This document shows positions 39,830 to 49,261 of a DNA stretch of 64,000 nucleotides, piece by piece (within the stretch, counting starts at the first letter, position 1; each line of letters opens with the position of its first letter). The notes beneath the pieces are model-generated. The model was not told the origin of the DNA, made no database searches, and was given only the letters and a program-made list of their open reading frames with translations. A program made the position numbers and the translations under genes. The stretch is from Candidatus Latescibacterota bacterium (GTDB taxonomy: Bacteria; Latescibacterota; UBA2968; UBA8231). The stretch lies in contig OZ241362.1 in assembly GCA_965200315.1 (NCBI GenBank), forward strand, positions 4,960,001-5,024,000, given 5' to 3'.

Positions 39830-40298
39830 AAGAATCAACCTGTACACTGGTAGAGCAGGTCATTTAGCAGTTATGGCGGAGCTTCTTCTTCGGGGTTGGA
39901 ATACAGCTATTCCAGAGGTAGATGTGGGCGACGATATTTTCGTCGTCCACGATAGAAATGGTGATCTACGTCGAGTACAAGTGAAGACGGCTGTGGCAAA
40001 ACTGCATAAGTACGGATACAGCGCACAGTTTAATCTTCCGCTCTCGCAACTTCAGAGGCAGATGACTCCAGATGTAACGTATATTTTTGCCATTCGGCTT
40101 CACGACGGTTGGGGGGCTCTTATTGTAATTGACCGGCAGACTCTAGAAGAGTACTGGAAGGCTGGCATGGGGAGCGAAAACAGAGGTAGGCTTGTATTAC
40201 GGTTGCGTTCCGAGGCGACCAGCATTACCTGTAACGGGCATCTCTTGTCGCAGTACAGGAATGACTGGGATACGAGCTTTCCCGTTATCGAGCACTGA
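39822..40298 (+). CDS. PD-(D/E)XK-superfamily endonuclease
   Basis: GRAGHLAVMAELL..PEVDVGDDIFV..RVQVKT (D...QxK core). Overlaps the upstream ORF by 8 nt. Confidence 0.65.
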   Translation: MPKRINLYTGRAGHLAVMAELLLRGWNTAIPEVDVGDDIFVVHDRNGDLRRVQVKTAVAKLHKYGYSAQFNLPLSQLQRQMTPDVTYIFAIRLHDGWGALIVIDRQTLEEYWKAGMGSENRGRLVLRLRSEATSITCNGHLLSQYRNDWDTSFPVIEH

Positions 40299-40299
40299 T

Positions 40300-40586
40300 A
40301 CCCATTGTGCCCGTCGTCATTCCAAACACCGAAGATGTCGTGGTGTTTGCGAAAAAACTCCATGACGAAGGACAGCTATGGGTCGGAGCAGGCATTTGGC
40401 TGGCCGGCAGAATACAATCCCGAAAAGTCTGATCCGCCACTGGACTCAAGAATGACCTTTACTCCCGCAGATTTCTGCATTGGTGAGAGTGGCATTTGGT
40501 TTTATTCCCTTATGTGGGAAAATGGTAAAGAAGAAGAGCCTGTTGCTTTTTTGGATGATAGAAATATCACTGAAACAGTATCATGA
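40300..40586 (+). pseudogene. Remnant of a small hypothetical gene, frameshifted near 40390
   Basis: Frame A reads IVPVVIPNTEDVVVFAKKLHDEGQLWVG, and frame B continues AFGWPAEYNPEKSDPPLDSRMTFTPADFCIGESGIWFYSLMWE. Confidence 0.4.
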
Positions 40587-40626
40587 TTCTGAACAGCACG
40601 ATGACTTTCTTGGTAGAGGAGATGCT

Positions 40627-41226
40627 ATGCGCGTGGCAGTAATTGGAGCAGATCGTTCTTGGGGAGTGCTGCTAGCGGCTGAATTGGGCGAGGAGTTTCA
40701 GGTGGTGGCGCTCGGTATGGAAGAGAATAGCGACCTAGCTGGCTATCGGCAGGTCGATCTGCTCCAGCGCGAGGCATTAGATCCTGCGCTGGCTGGCGTG
40801 GAGGCCATCGTCCACGCGGTGGGCGGCGATCCGGCGGGCGACGACGAACAAGCCCTGCTCGACGTAGCAGCGCGGGGAACCTACGTGGCGCTGACGGCAG
40901 CCTGTGCCGTCGGCATTAAAAAAGCGGTGCTGCTGAGTCGCCTCGATTTGCTGCGCGACTACCCGGAAGAATATCTAGTTGATCTGCAGTGGAATGCCTT
41001 GCCACGGGCCGAGGCCGGGTCGCTGGCGCCGCTGATGGCCGAATTAGTCGGCCGCGAAATCGCCCGCACCGGCCAAATCGAAGTGCATTGTTTGCGACTC
41101 GGCGAATTGGATGCGGAGACCACAACCAACGACGCGGTGGCTGCCGTGCGCCAAGCCTTGGCCGCCGAGCGCGAAGGGCACCACTGGTCGCTAGCGCATG
41201 TAGCGTCGAGCGGGCGCTTTGCTTAA
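40627..41226 (+). CDS. Degenerate NAD-dependent epimerase/SDRe-like protein
   Basis: MRVAVIGA, GVEAIVH, GTYVAL..A...GIKKAVLLS, LRLG. Lacks YxxxK. Confidence 0.6.
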   Translation: MRVAVIGADRSWGVLLAAELGEEFQVVALGMEENSDLAGYRQVDLLQREALDPALAGVEAIVHAVGGDPAGDDEQALLDVAARGTYVALTAACAVGIKKAVLLSRLDLLRDYPEEYLVDLQWNALPRAEAGSLAPLMAELVGREIARTGQIEVHCLRLGELDAETTTNDAVAAVRQALAAEREGHHWSLAHVASSGRFA

Positions 41227-41236
41227 AGGGGACATC

Positions 41237-42040
41237 ATGGCAACGGTGAACGAAGGCAAGGTGGTGATATTGGGGGCGGGTGGCCCGGTCGGCGCGTCGG
41301 CGATCGCTGCACTCAAAGAGCACTATACGTTGCGGGTAACTGATCTCCGGCCGATGAGCGAGGTGGCGGCCGCGCCGCCGCAAAGTCCCCGGGCGCCGAT
41401 CCCGGAGGTATTGGGGCCGCCGCACGAAAATCGGGTCGTCGATATTGCCGACTACGCGCAAGTGTTGGCCGCCTGCGAGGGCATGGACGCGGCGATCAAT
41501 GTGTCCGTAGTTCGGCCGCATCCAGTGCTGGCCTTCCAAGTCAACATGGTCGGCGCGTACAACGTGGCCAAAGCCTGCGTCGCCTGCGGAATAAAAAGGT
41601 TGATCCACACCGGGCCTTTTCACACCTCGCTGAACCACAACGCCGACTATTGGAACGATTTTCAGGTGGAAGCCGACATTCCGCTGCACCCAGGCGACGA
41701 TCTCTACGCGCTGAGCAAGTATCTCGGCGGGCACATTACGCGCGTGTTTGCCGAGCGCGAAGGGCTGGAAGTACTCACCTTTGTCTATACGCATTTTCGG
41801 CCGCGGGAAGTCCTGCCCGAGGAACATGGACAGGGTGTGCATCCATACGTGACCTCGTGGGAGGATACCGGGGAGGCGTTCTTATATGGGTTGCGGGCAC
41901 CCGAGATGCCGTCGCCGTACGAGGATTTTTTTATTTGTGCGCGGCTGCCGCACGACAAGTACCGGCCCGACAAGGCCAAGCGGCTCTTGGGCTGGGAGGC
42001 CAAGGACTGCTTCGAGGCGTTGTACACGCGGCCTCAGTAA
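41237..42040 (+). CDS. NAD-dependent epimerase/dehydratase (uronate-dehydrogenase-like extended SDR)
   Basis: ILGAGGPVG, VNMVGAYNV, LYALSK, KAKRLLGWE. Confidence 0.8.
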   Translation: MATVNEGKVVILGAGGPVGASAIAALKEHYTLRVTDLRPMSEVAAAPPQSPRAPIPEVLGPPHENRVVDIADYAQVLAACEGMDAAINVSVVRPHPVLAFQVNMVGAYNVAKACVACGIKRLIHTGPFHTSLNHNADYWNDFQVEADIPLHPGDDLYALSKYLGGHITRVFAEREGLEVLTFVYTHFRPREVLPEEHGQGVHPYVTSWEDTGEAFLYGLRAPEMPSPYEDFFICARLPHDKYRPDKAKRLLGWEAKDCFEALYTRPQ

Positions 42041-44001
42041 CTGATCCGATAGATCAGACCAGCCTGATCGTCCGAGACCAGCAGAGAACCGTCGGGCATC
42101 ACGAGAACGTCAACCGGCCGCCCCCAGTTTGATTCCCCCTGTAGCCAGCCTTCGGCGAACGGCTCGTAACGGACCGCCCCATCGGCGGCCAAACGTACTA
42201 GGGTGAGGCGGTAGCCGATCTTGCGAGTGCGATTCCAAGAGCCGTGTTCGGCGATGAATATCTGATTGTGGTATTCCACCGGAAACAAGTTGCCAGTGTA
42301 AAAGCGCATCCCAAGGGCCGCTACGTGCGGGCCGAGTTCTTGGACTGGCGCGACGAACTCGCCGCAGTCGCGTTGAGCGCCAAAATCAGGATCGGCGATG
42401 TTGGTGCCGTGGCAGTAGGGATAGCCGAAGTGCTGCCCATCGGCGGTTACGCGGTTCAGTTCGTCTGGCGGCATGTCGTCGCCTAGCCAGTCTCTGCCGT
42501 TTTCCGTGAACCACATTTGCCCTGTTTCCGGGTGCCAGTCGAAGCCAACGGAGTTGCGTACGCCCCGGGACACGACCTCGAAGTCGCCCGTGGAGGGGTC
42601 TAACCTGCCGATTGACGCGTACGGATCGGGGGAAGCGCAGATGTTGCACGGTGCGCCGACCGGCACGTAGAGCAAATCGTCGGGGCCAAAGCGGATGAAC
42701 TTCCAGCCGTGGGAGCGATCGGTCGGGAAAGCGTCGTTGACGATCTCCGGTTGCGGCGGGTTGTCGAGGTGAGCTTCAATGTCGCGATAGCGCAGGATAC
42801 GGCTGACTTCGGCTACGTACAGGTCGCCGTCCTTGAAAGCGACGCCGTTGGGTCTGTTCAGGCCGCTGGCGAGGATGATGACGCGCTCTGCCTTGTAGTC
42901 GCCGTCTTCGTCGCGCAGTGCGTACACGCGGCTGCCGGACCGGGTACCGACGAACAGGGTGCCATTGGGGCTGAGGCTCAGCGAGCGAGCACCGGGGACC
43001 CCTTTGGCGTACACGCGGATGTGGAACCCTTCCGGCAGTTCGATCTGCGTCAGGCGCGGGTCTTCGAGTGGTGGCGGATCCACCGACTTGCCGATCCCCA
43101 CAGGTAGCGACGGATCGGACGGATCGACGCTGTACGTCTCGATAAGCTGGGCGTCGGCTAGATCAATCTGCCCGTCTTGGCTGATATCGCCATTGTTGGG
43201 CAGGGCGATGGAGGGGTCTTCGCTGTATAGGACGACTAGCAGCGCATCGGCCCAATCGACGCGGCCGTTGTTATCAAGATCGCCCAACAGCCTACTCACA
43301 GCCCCTTTATCTTGGGGAACGCTGTCGAGTGCTTCGACTACAATATCGATAGCGTCGGTCCCCAACTGAAAGGCCGGGTCTACGTAGGGAATCAAGCCTT
43401 GGCCCGAGACGGTCAATCCATAGACCTGCCCTAACTCTGATGGCTCTATGCCTCCCAACTCCGCGCCTACCGGTCCCGCAGAGGCGGCCCCAACTGCCCC
43501 GTCGAGCAGCACCATCGACCGAGTTAAGCGAACCCCATCGCCAACCAGTTGATACAGGTACACCCCGGCCGCGACGCCTCGCCCCGACGCATCCGTGCCA
43601 TCCCACCTCGCTGTGTGAAAGCCCGCTGGCCGATCCGCATCCACCAACGTCGCCAGACGCTGCCCTAGGACATTGAGCACCTCTAGCCGCACGTGAGTCG
43701 AGACCGGCAGCCGATAGGGCATGCTCGTGGAAGAATTGAATGGATTGGGGTAATTCTGCCCTAGGTAAAATTGTTGCGGTAGAGCACTCGTACTCAATGC
43801 CGTTAGGGGTAGCGCGAAATAGCCGGTCTCATTCGTGATAGCGCGGACTGAGCGGCGCAGATCGGTGGCGTCGAACAGCCGCACCTGCGCGTTGGCGACC
43901 GGTCGCCCAGACGCCAGCCGCACCCGCCCCTCGACCAGCGGCTGGGCACTGGCCCCGACGACCAAGAGCAGCCCCATGAGGCATCCGATTACTGATCTCA
44001 T
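42034..44001 (-). CDS. Secreted PQQ-dependent glucose/sorbosone dehydrogenase with N-terminal carboxypeptidase-regulatory, FlgD/T9SS-like and dockerin-like modules
   Basis: Signal peptide, LGQNYPNPFN..WDGTDASGRGVAAGVYLY, GDLDNNGRVDWADA, C-terminal HGWKFIRFGPD, GAPCN, GVRNSVG, EHGSWNR, GRPVDV. Confidence 0.85.
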   Translation of the reverse strand: MRSVIGCLMGLLLVVGASAQPLVEGRVRLASGRPVANAQVRLFDATDLRRSVRAITNETGYFALPLTALSTSALPQQFYLGQNYPNPFNSSTSMPYRLPVSTHVRLEVLNVLGQRLATLVDADRPAGFHTARWDGTDASGRGVAAGVYLYQLVGDGVRLTRSMVLLDGAVGAASAGPVGAELGGIEPSELGQVYGLTVSGQGLIPYVDPAFQLGTDAIDIVVEALDSVPQDKGAVSRLLGDLDNNGRVDWADALLVVLYSEDPSIALPNNGDISQDGQIDLADAQLIETYSVDPSDPSLPVGIGKSVDPPPLEDPRLTQIELPEGFHIRVYAKGVPGARSLSLSPNGTLFVGTRSGSRVYALRDEDGDYKAERVIILASGLNRPNGVAFKDGDLYVAEVSRILRYRDIEAHLDNPPQPEIVNDAFPTDRSHGWKFIRFGPDDLLYVPVGAPCNICASPDPYASIGRLDPSTGDFEVVSRGVRNSVGFDWHPETGQMWFTENGRDWLGDDMPPDELNRVTADGQHFGYPYCHGTNIADPDFGAQRDCGEFVAPVQELGPHVAALGMRFYTGNLFPVEYHNQIFIAEHGSWNRTRKIGYRLTLVRLAADGAVRYEPFAEGWLQGESNWGRPVDVLVMPDGSLLVSDDQAGLIYRISY

Positions 44002-44295
44002 AACGTTTGTTCCCTAAAGCAAAATATAGCCGAATAGCATGGGCAACGTCACAGCAGCACCGCAGTTAGCTCGGTGAAAGGGGGCGGTTGGAAGGGACCT
44101 ACTTCTTTAACCGAGACAATGAAGAGCACACTATTAAGCGGCGAAGCATTGACAGGGAACGGAGGAGGCCATACCTTGACTGCAATAGGCTACTTGTATG
44201 AAGAAGCATTGGCTCCTAAAAAGTCATGTCCAATCTAACAAGGAGCCTTTTCATTTTATGATGCTACGGAACAAGGATCATCGGTTCACGCACCA

Positions 44296-45903
44296 ATGCC
44301 GAGTTGGGCTGGTGCTCCTAAATTCTCAAACAAAAGGGAAGTTTTGGAAATAGGCGGAAAACAACAATTACAGTCCCTAGATGAAGAGGGCCACAAGAAA
44401 CTATTCGGTTTAGAAATCTATCTGACCCCAGTATTCACAATTTCCAGTATCATCATTATCGCTTTCGTCACTGGAGCACTCGTCTTCCAAGAAACCGCGA
44501 CGGAAGTTTTCAAAAATACCCGCGAGTGGCTGACTATAAATCTCGATTGGTTTTTCCTACTTACTGCTAATTCTCTCCTGCTGTTTTGTCTGTATGTAGC
44601 CTGTTCGCCTCTCGGCAAGGTGCGCCTCGGAGGGGCCGATGCAAAACCCGAGTACTCCAACCCAACTTGGTTCGCCATGCTCTTTGCCGCTGGTGTGGGT
44701 ATCGGTCTGCTGTTTTACGGCGCGGCGGAGCCGATCTACTACTTCCAGCGGCCACCGCTTGGTATCCCTGCCGGAACAGAAGAAGCCGCTGCCGTCGGCA
44801 TCGCGGCCACCACTTTTCACTGGGGGCTGCACGGTTGGGGAGCTTACGGCGTCGTGGGACTTGCCCTCGGGTACTTCGCCTACAATCGCGGATTGCCGCT
44901 CACCATTCGCTCGGCGTTCTATCCCTTGTTCGGCGACCGCATCTGGGGCTGGCCTGGTCATATCATCGATACGTTTGCCATCTTCGCCGGTCTGTTCGGG
45001 CTTGCAACCTCGCTTGGCTTGGGGGTTAAGCAGCTAACCTCTGGTCTGAACTATTTGTTCGGTGTTCCCGCGAACAACACCACTATGGTGGTGCTGATTG
45101 TGGCGATTACGTCCATCGCGCTTACATCGGTGTTGGCGGGTATTAATGTTGGGATCAAGCGCCTTAGCCAGTTCAATATCGTTCTCGCGTTGTTGTTGCT
45201 GCTAACGGTTATTGTGCTCGGGCCGACTCTCTACATTTTCCGCAGTATGTTCGCTGCACTCGGTAGCTATCTCGCCAAAATTGTGTCGTTCAGTAATTGG
45301 GTCGGGCGCGAGGACGTGGATTTTCTACACGGTTGGACGACATTCTACTTGGCTTGGTGGTTTGCTTGGGCACCTTTTGTCGGCACGTTCATCGCCCGCA
45401 TCTCCAAGGGCCGCACCGTGCGCGAATTCGCGATTTTTGTCCTCATCCCGCCGCTGGTGTTGTGTTTGCTGTGGTTTGGTACCTTTGGCGGCACGGCCCT
45501 CCATCAGCACATCGTTGGGGGGTATACCGGTGTAACCGAGCATGTTGCGGCTTGGAAGCTGGAAATCGCATTGTTCAAGATGTTCGACCAACTCCCGCTG
45601 ACCAAGTTGCTTTCATCGGTGGCGCTCCTGTTGACCGTCGTATTTTTCGTCACTTCGTCGGATTCCGGCTCGTTGATTGTCGATACCATTGCAGCCGGTG
45701 GCAAAGTGGACGCTCCGGTAGCGCAGCGGGTCTTTTGGTGTACTGTGGAGGGATTAGTTGCTATCGCTCTCCTGCTTGGCGGAGGGCTAAATTCGCTGCA
45801 GGCGGCCTCGATCGCAACGGGCTTCCCGTTTGCCTTAGTCCTCTTGGGAATGGCCGCCTGCGTCTGGACCGGGCTGCGCAGCGAAGTGCGTGCAGCGGAC
45901 TGA
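44296..45903 (+). CDS. BCCT-family (betaine/carnitine/choline) transporter
   Basis: WFAMLFAAGVGIGL, FHWGLHGW, LATSLGLG, WTTFYLAWWFAWAPFVG, ISKGRTVREF, TSSDSGS. Confidence 0.95.
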   Translation: MPSWAGAPKFSNKREVLEIGGKQQLQSLDEEGHKKLFGLEIYLTPVFTISSIIIIAFVTGALVFQETATEVFKNTREWLTINLDWFFLLTANSLLLFCLYVACSPLGKVRLGGADAKPEYSNPTWFAMLFAAGVGIGLLFYGAAEPIYYFQRPPLGIPAGTEEAAAVGIAATTFHWGLHGWGAYGVVGLALGYFAYNRGLPLTIRSAFYPLFGDRIWGWPGHIIDTFAIFAGLFGLATSLGLGVKQLTSGLNYLFGVPANNTTMVVLIVAITSIALTSVLAGINVGIKRLSQFNIVLALLLLLTVIVLGPTLYIFRSMFAALGSYLAKIVSFSNWVGREDVDFLHGWTTFYLAWWFAWAPFVGTFIARISKGRTVREFAIFVLIPPLVLCLLWFGTFGGTALHQHIVGGYTGVTEHVAAWKLEIALFKMFDQLPLTKLLSSVALLLTVVFFVTSSDSGSLIVDTIAAGGKVDAPVAQRVFWCTVEGLVAIALLLGGGLNSLQAASIATGFPFALVLLGMAACVWTGLRSEVRAAD

Positions 45904-45974
45904 GTATATGAGGATATCGATATGCTGACAGAGAGGACTTTACAAAAACGCACCCTTAATAAGGAGGTATTGCG

Positions 45975-48900
45975 ATGAGATATTGGCACAGGCACATTTT
46001 GGTGCTAGTCGCCGCGGCTTTGGCTTGGGCTGCGCCGGCGTGGACACAAGCGACAGGTACTATCGTCGTCACCGTAGTTGACGACGATAGCGGCGAGGTG
46101 CTGGAGACGGCCTTGGTCTATATGCCGGCTTTAGATGTGGGCGGTATGTCGGACGCACAGGGCCAGTTTACTATGGCTGATGTGCCGGTGGGCGAGCACA
46201 AATTGCGCGCCGAATTGATCGGCTACTCGTCGGTGGCTGCCACTGTTGTGGTAGAGGCCGGGCAAACCACGAACGTCGAGTTGCGGATAAAACCCTCCGC
46301 GTTGCTCCTCGAAGAGCTGGCGGTGACCGGCACGGCTGTTAAGAACTCGCCCGTCAGTTCGACTTACGCCGTTGCGGTGACCGGGCGGGAGAAGATGGCC
46401 GAACAAGGCTCACCACAGCCGGTTGACTTTTTCAAGAACTTGAGTGCCAGTCACGGAGTGATCGGCGAGCGCAGCAGTTGGTACAACGCCAACCAAGCTG
46501 CCACTCTTTCCGAGAGCATTGCCAACGTCAATCTACGCGGCCTGGGAGCTTCGCGGACGCTGGTGTTGATCAACAGTCGCCGCCAGACTTATGTCCCCGC
46601 GCGTTTGATCGGCGGGCGCTTCGTCGATGTAAATGCCATCCCCGCCATCGTCGTAGACCGAGTCGAGGTGCTCAAGGAAGGAGCCTCGGCCATCTATGGG
46701 TCCGATGCGGTGGCTGGCGTCGCCAACTTTTTGACTCGCGCCGACTTCGAGGGCTTTGAAGTCTCGGCCGCGCACGAGTATATCACTGGCGCGGGCGATT
46801 CCAACATCGGCGCGATCTGGGGTGGGAAGATCGGCGAGGCTCATGCGATTGTTGCTGGGGAATGGAGAGGGCGTCAGGCGCTACCGGCCTCCGAGAGGGA
46901 CTATCTGCTGCAGCCGTGGCACGGCGGCGGGCAGCGCCTTGGCTGGTCGAGCTTGGGCAATCCGGGCACCTTCGCCGTTGGTGCACCGGCCCCTTGGACT
47001 GCTGCTATCCACGCCCCGCGTTGCGAGCAGTTTGGCGGCTTCCGGGAATCTTGGACTTGCCGCTTCCGCTATCAGCAGTATGAGAATCTGATCGAAGAGA
47101 TGAGCCATACTCGCGCTTTTGCCGAAATCAACGGTGCGCTAGACAATGGCACGGAGTATCACCTTGAGGGCCTGATTGCCCAAGCTGAGATTCCCGAGTG
47201 GTACACCACCCCTTCGTATCCTCCCTTCCCTCTGACAGACACAAGCATCATGGAGGTCGCGACAAACCACCCAGGCCGGGAGGCTTTCTGTGCGGACTAC
47301 GGCGCTGAGGAAGGCGACCTGTACTACGACGAATGCCAAGGCGGCGAGAACTGGTATTTCAATGGCCGTCCGTTTGGCAACTCGGGTCCCGGGCGTACGC
47401 TGGGCCGCGACTCCCGCACCTTGCGCCTTGCGGCTTCTGCCAATGGCGACTTTGCGTCATTCGGCGGTCGAGATGCTCATTTTGATCTAGGCCTGTCCTA
47501 TTCCCGCACCGAGGGCAATTACAACTTGCCGGGGGTGTACATCGAGCGGCTGTTCCTCGGCTTCCGCGGGTTTGGCGGCCCTGATTGCGGCGTTGGCGTG
47601 GAGGCGGATAACACGTCCCTTGCTGGGATGCGGCTCGGCCCACTCAACGGCCAAGTGGCGGGTCAGGGCGCCTGCCAGTACTACAACCCCTTTGGCAATG
47701 CCATCGAGTTTGCGGATCAATACGGCGCAGAGTTTGCAAACGAACCGAATCCCGATTTCCGCGCCAACCTTGCCAACAGCCCCGAGTTACGGCAATGGCT
47801 CAATCAGGAAGTCGATCTGCAGAGTACTGCGGATCTGCTGGTCGCCGATGCGACGCTGAGCGGCACTTGGCTTGAGGACGTCGCTAGTTACGCCGCCGGC
47901 TATCAGTTCCGTTTGCTCAATGCTAGCGGCGATCCTAACGACGAGGGCGACGTGACCATCAACCCCTGTCCGGTAGTGGGCGATGATGGGTGCTCAGCCG
48001 AGGACATGTTTGGCCCCTACGCGTTCACCAATGTGAATCGGCCCTATGATGAATCGCAGATGGTGCATCGCTTCTTTGCCGAGATTCCCCTGAGCTTGGG
48101 ATCGCGCTTTGACACCCAACTCGCGGCCAACTACGAGTTCCACGATGTGGCGAGCAGTTTCGATCCCAAGCTGGGGTGGCGCTATCAGCTAATGGAATCG
48201 CCGACTCAATCCGCGTTTCTGCGCGGCTCGGTGCAAACGACGTTTCGCACACCATCGCTGGACGACGTAAATGAAAACCCGCTTTCGACGCTCGAGTGGA
48301 TCAATGAGACGGGTGCCTATCAAACGGTGGACCGAATCGGCAGCAAAGACCTCAAGCCCGAACAGGCTTTTACCTATAATGCGGGCTTCGTCTTAGTCAC
48401 CGAGGAGGGCTTTGATGCGACGTTTGACTACTGGAGCTACGATTTCAAGAATGTCATCGGTGCCATGCCGCACGGGGCTATTACTGCCTTATATGCCGAT
48501 GAAGCGAATAAGGAAGCCCTGAAGCAGTTCATTGTCTGCCCGGACGGGATAGGCACTGGTACATGCGCGGCCTCCGAACTGGAGCGAGTGCAAGTTGACA
48601 TCGTCAATTGGCCAGGGGTCAAGACCTCGGGAATTGATTTGCATCTGGGCGGGAACACGGACGCCGGAGTCGGGGAAATTGCGCTCAGCTTGGATGCTAC
48701 GTACACGTTGGAGTACCGGACGAAAGCTCTGATGTTTGGCAGCCTAGTGTTGCAAGAGGAGGCAGACGCGGCCGGCTACCTGAACTTTGGCAATCCCGTT
48801 GCGACCTCGCTGCCGAAGTTGAAGGGTCAGGTGTCGGCAGGCTATCACTGGCAAAACTACCGCCTAGTCAGCCTCCTGAACTACATTTCGTCGTACGAGG

Positions 48901-49148
48901 ACTGGGGATCGCTGAACTCCGATAATGATGCCATTGAAGAAGTATTCGGCACCATTGACTCGTTCGTCACTTGGGATATGAGCTTTCTGTGGAACTTGTC
49001 CGAGGGCGTCAACATCGCGCTGTCGGGGATAAATCTGCTCGACACGATGCCGCCGCTGGTCAACATTGAGCAAGCGTACGACGGCTTTACACACGACCCC
49101 AAGGGACGGCGGTTGAAGCTGGCTGTGTCCTATAATTTTGGCGGTTGA
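45975..49148 (+). CDS. TonB-dependent receptor with N-terminal carboxypeptidase-regulatory domain
   Basis: Signal peptide, LEELAVTG TonB box, NLRGLGASRTLVLIN, VEVLKEGASAIYGSDAVAGVANF, C-terminal KGRRLKLAVSYNF. Confidence 0.93.
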   Translation: MRYWHRHILVLVAAALAWAAPAWTQATGTIVVTVVDDDSGEVLETALVYMPALDVGGMSDAQGQFTMADVPVGEHKLRAELIGYSSVAATVVVEAGQTTNVELRIKPSALLLEELAVTGTAVKNSPVSSTYAVAVTGREKMAEQGSPQPVDFFKNLSASHGVIGERSSWYNANQAATLSESIANVNLRGLGASRTLVLINSRRQTYVPARLIGGRFVDVNAIPAIVVDRVEVLKEGASAIYGSDAVAGVANFLTRADFEGFEVSAAHEYITGAGDSNIGAIWGGKIGEAHAIVAGEWRGRQALPASERDYLLQPWHGGGQRLGWSSLGNPGTFAVGAPAPWTAAIHAPRCEQFGGFRESWTCRFRYQQYENLIEEMSHTRAFAEINGALDNGTEYHLEGLIAQAEIPEWYTTPSYPPFPLTDTSIMEVATNHPGREAFCADYGAEEGDLYYDECQGGENWYFNGRPFGNSGPGRTLGRDSRTLRLAASANGDFASFGGRDAHFDLGLSYSRTEGNYNLPGVYIERLFLGFRGFGGPDCGVGVEADNTSLAGMRLGPLNGQVAGQGACQYYNPFGNAIEFADQYGAEFANEPNPDFRANLANSPELRQWLNQEVDLQSTADLLVADATLSGTWLEDVASYAAGYQFRLLNASGDPNDEGDVTINPCPVVGDDGCSAEDMFGPYAFTNVNRPYDESQMVHRFFAEIPLSLGSRFDTQLAANYEFHDVASSFDPKLGWRYQLMESPTQSAFLRGSVQTTFRTPSLDDVNENPLSTLEWINETGAYQTVDRIGSKDLKPEQAFTYNAGFVLVTEEGFDATFDYWSYDFKNVIGAMPHGAITALYADEANKEALKQFIVCPDGIGTGTCAASELERVQVDIVNWPGVKTSGIDLHLGGNTDAGVGEIALSLDATYTLEYRTKALMFGSLVLQEEADAAGYLNFGNPVATSLPKLKGQVSAGYHWQNYRLVSLLNYISSYEDWGSLNSDNDAIEEVFGTIDSFVTWDMSFLWNLSEGVNIALSGINLLDTMPPLVNIEQAYDGFTHDPKGRRLKLAVSYNFGG

Positions 49149-49175
49149 AGCCGGACAGACAGTAGCAGCCTAAAT

Positions 49176-49214
49176 ACACAGGGCCGTCCAATACCAGTTT
49201 GGACGGCCCTGTGT
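49176..49214. terminator. Hairpin between convergent genes, probable bidirectional terminator
   Basis: acacagggccgtccaa ... ttggacggccctgtgt forms a 16 bp inverted repeat. Confidence 0.8.
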
Positions 49215-49261
49215 CGTATTACACCGGATTACAGCGAGGAACGGTGTTTACTCTCCACGCG

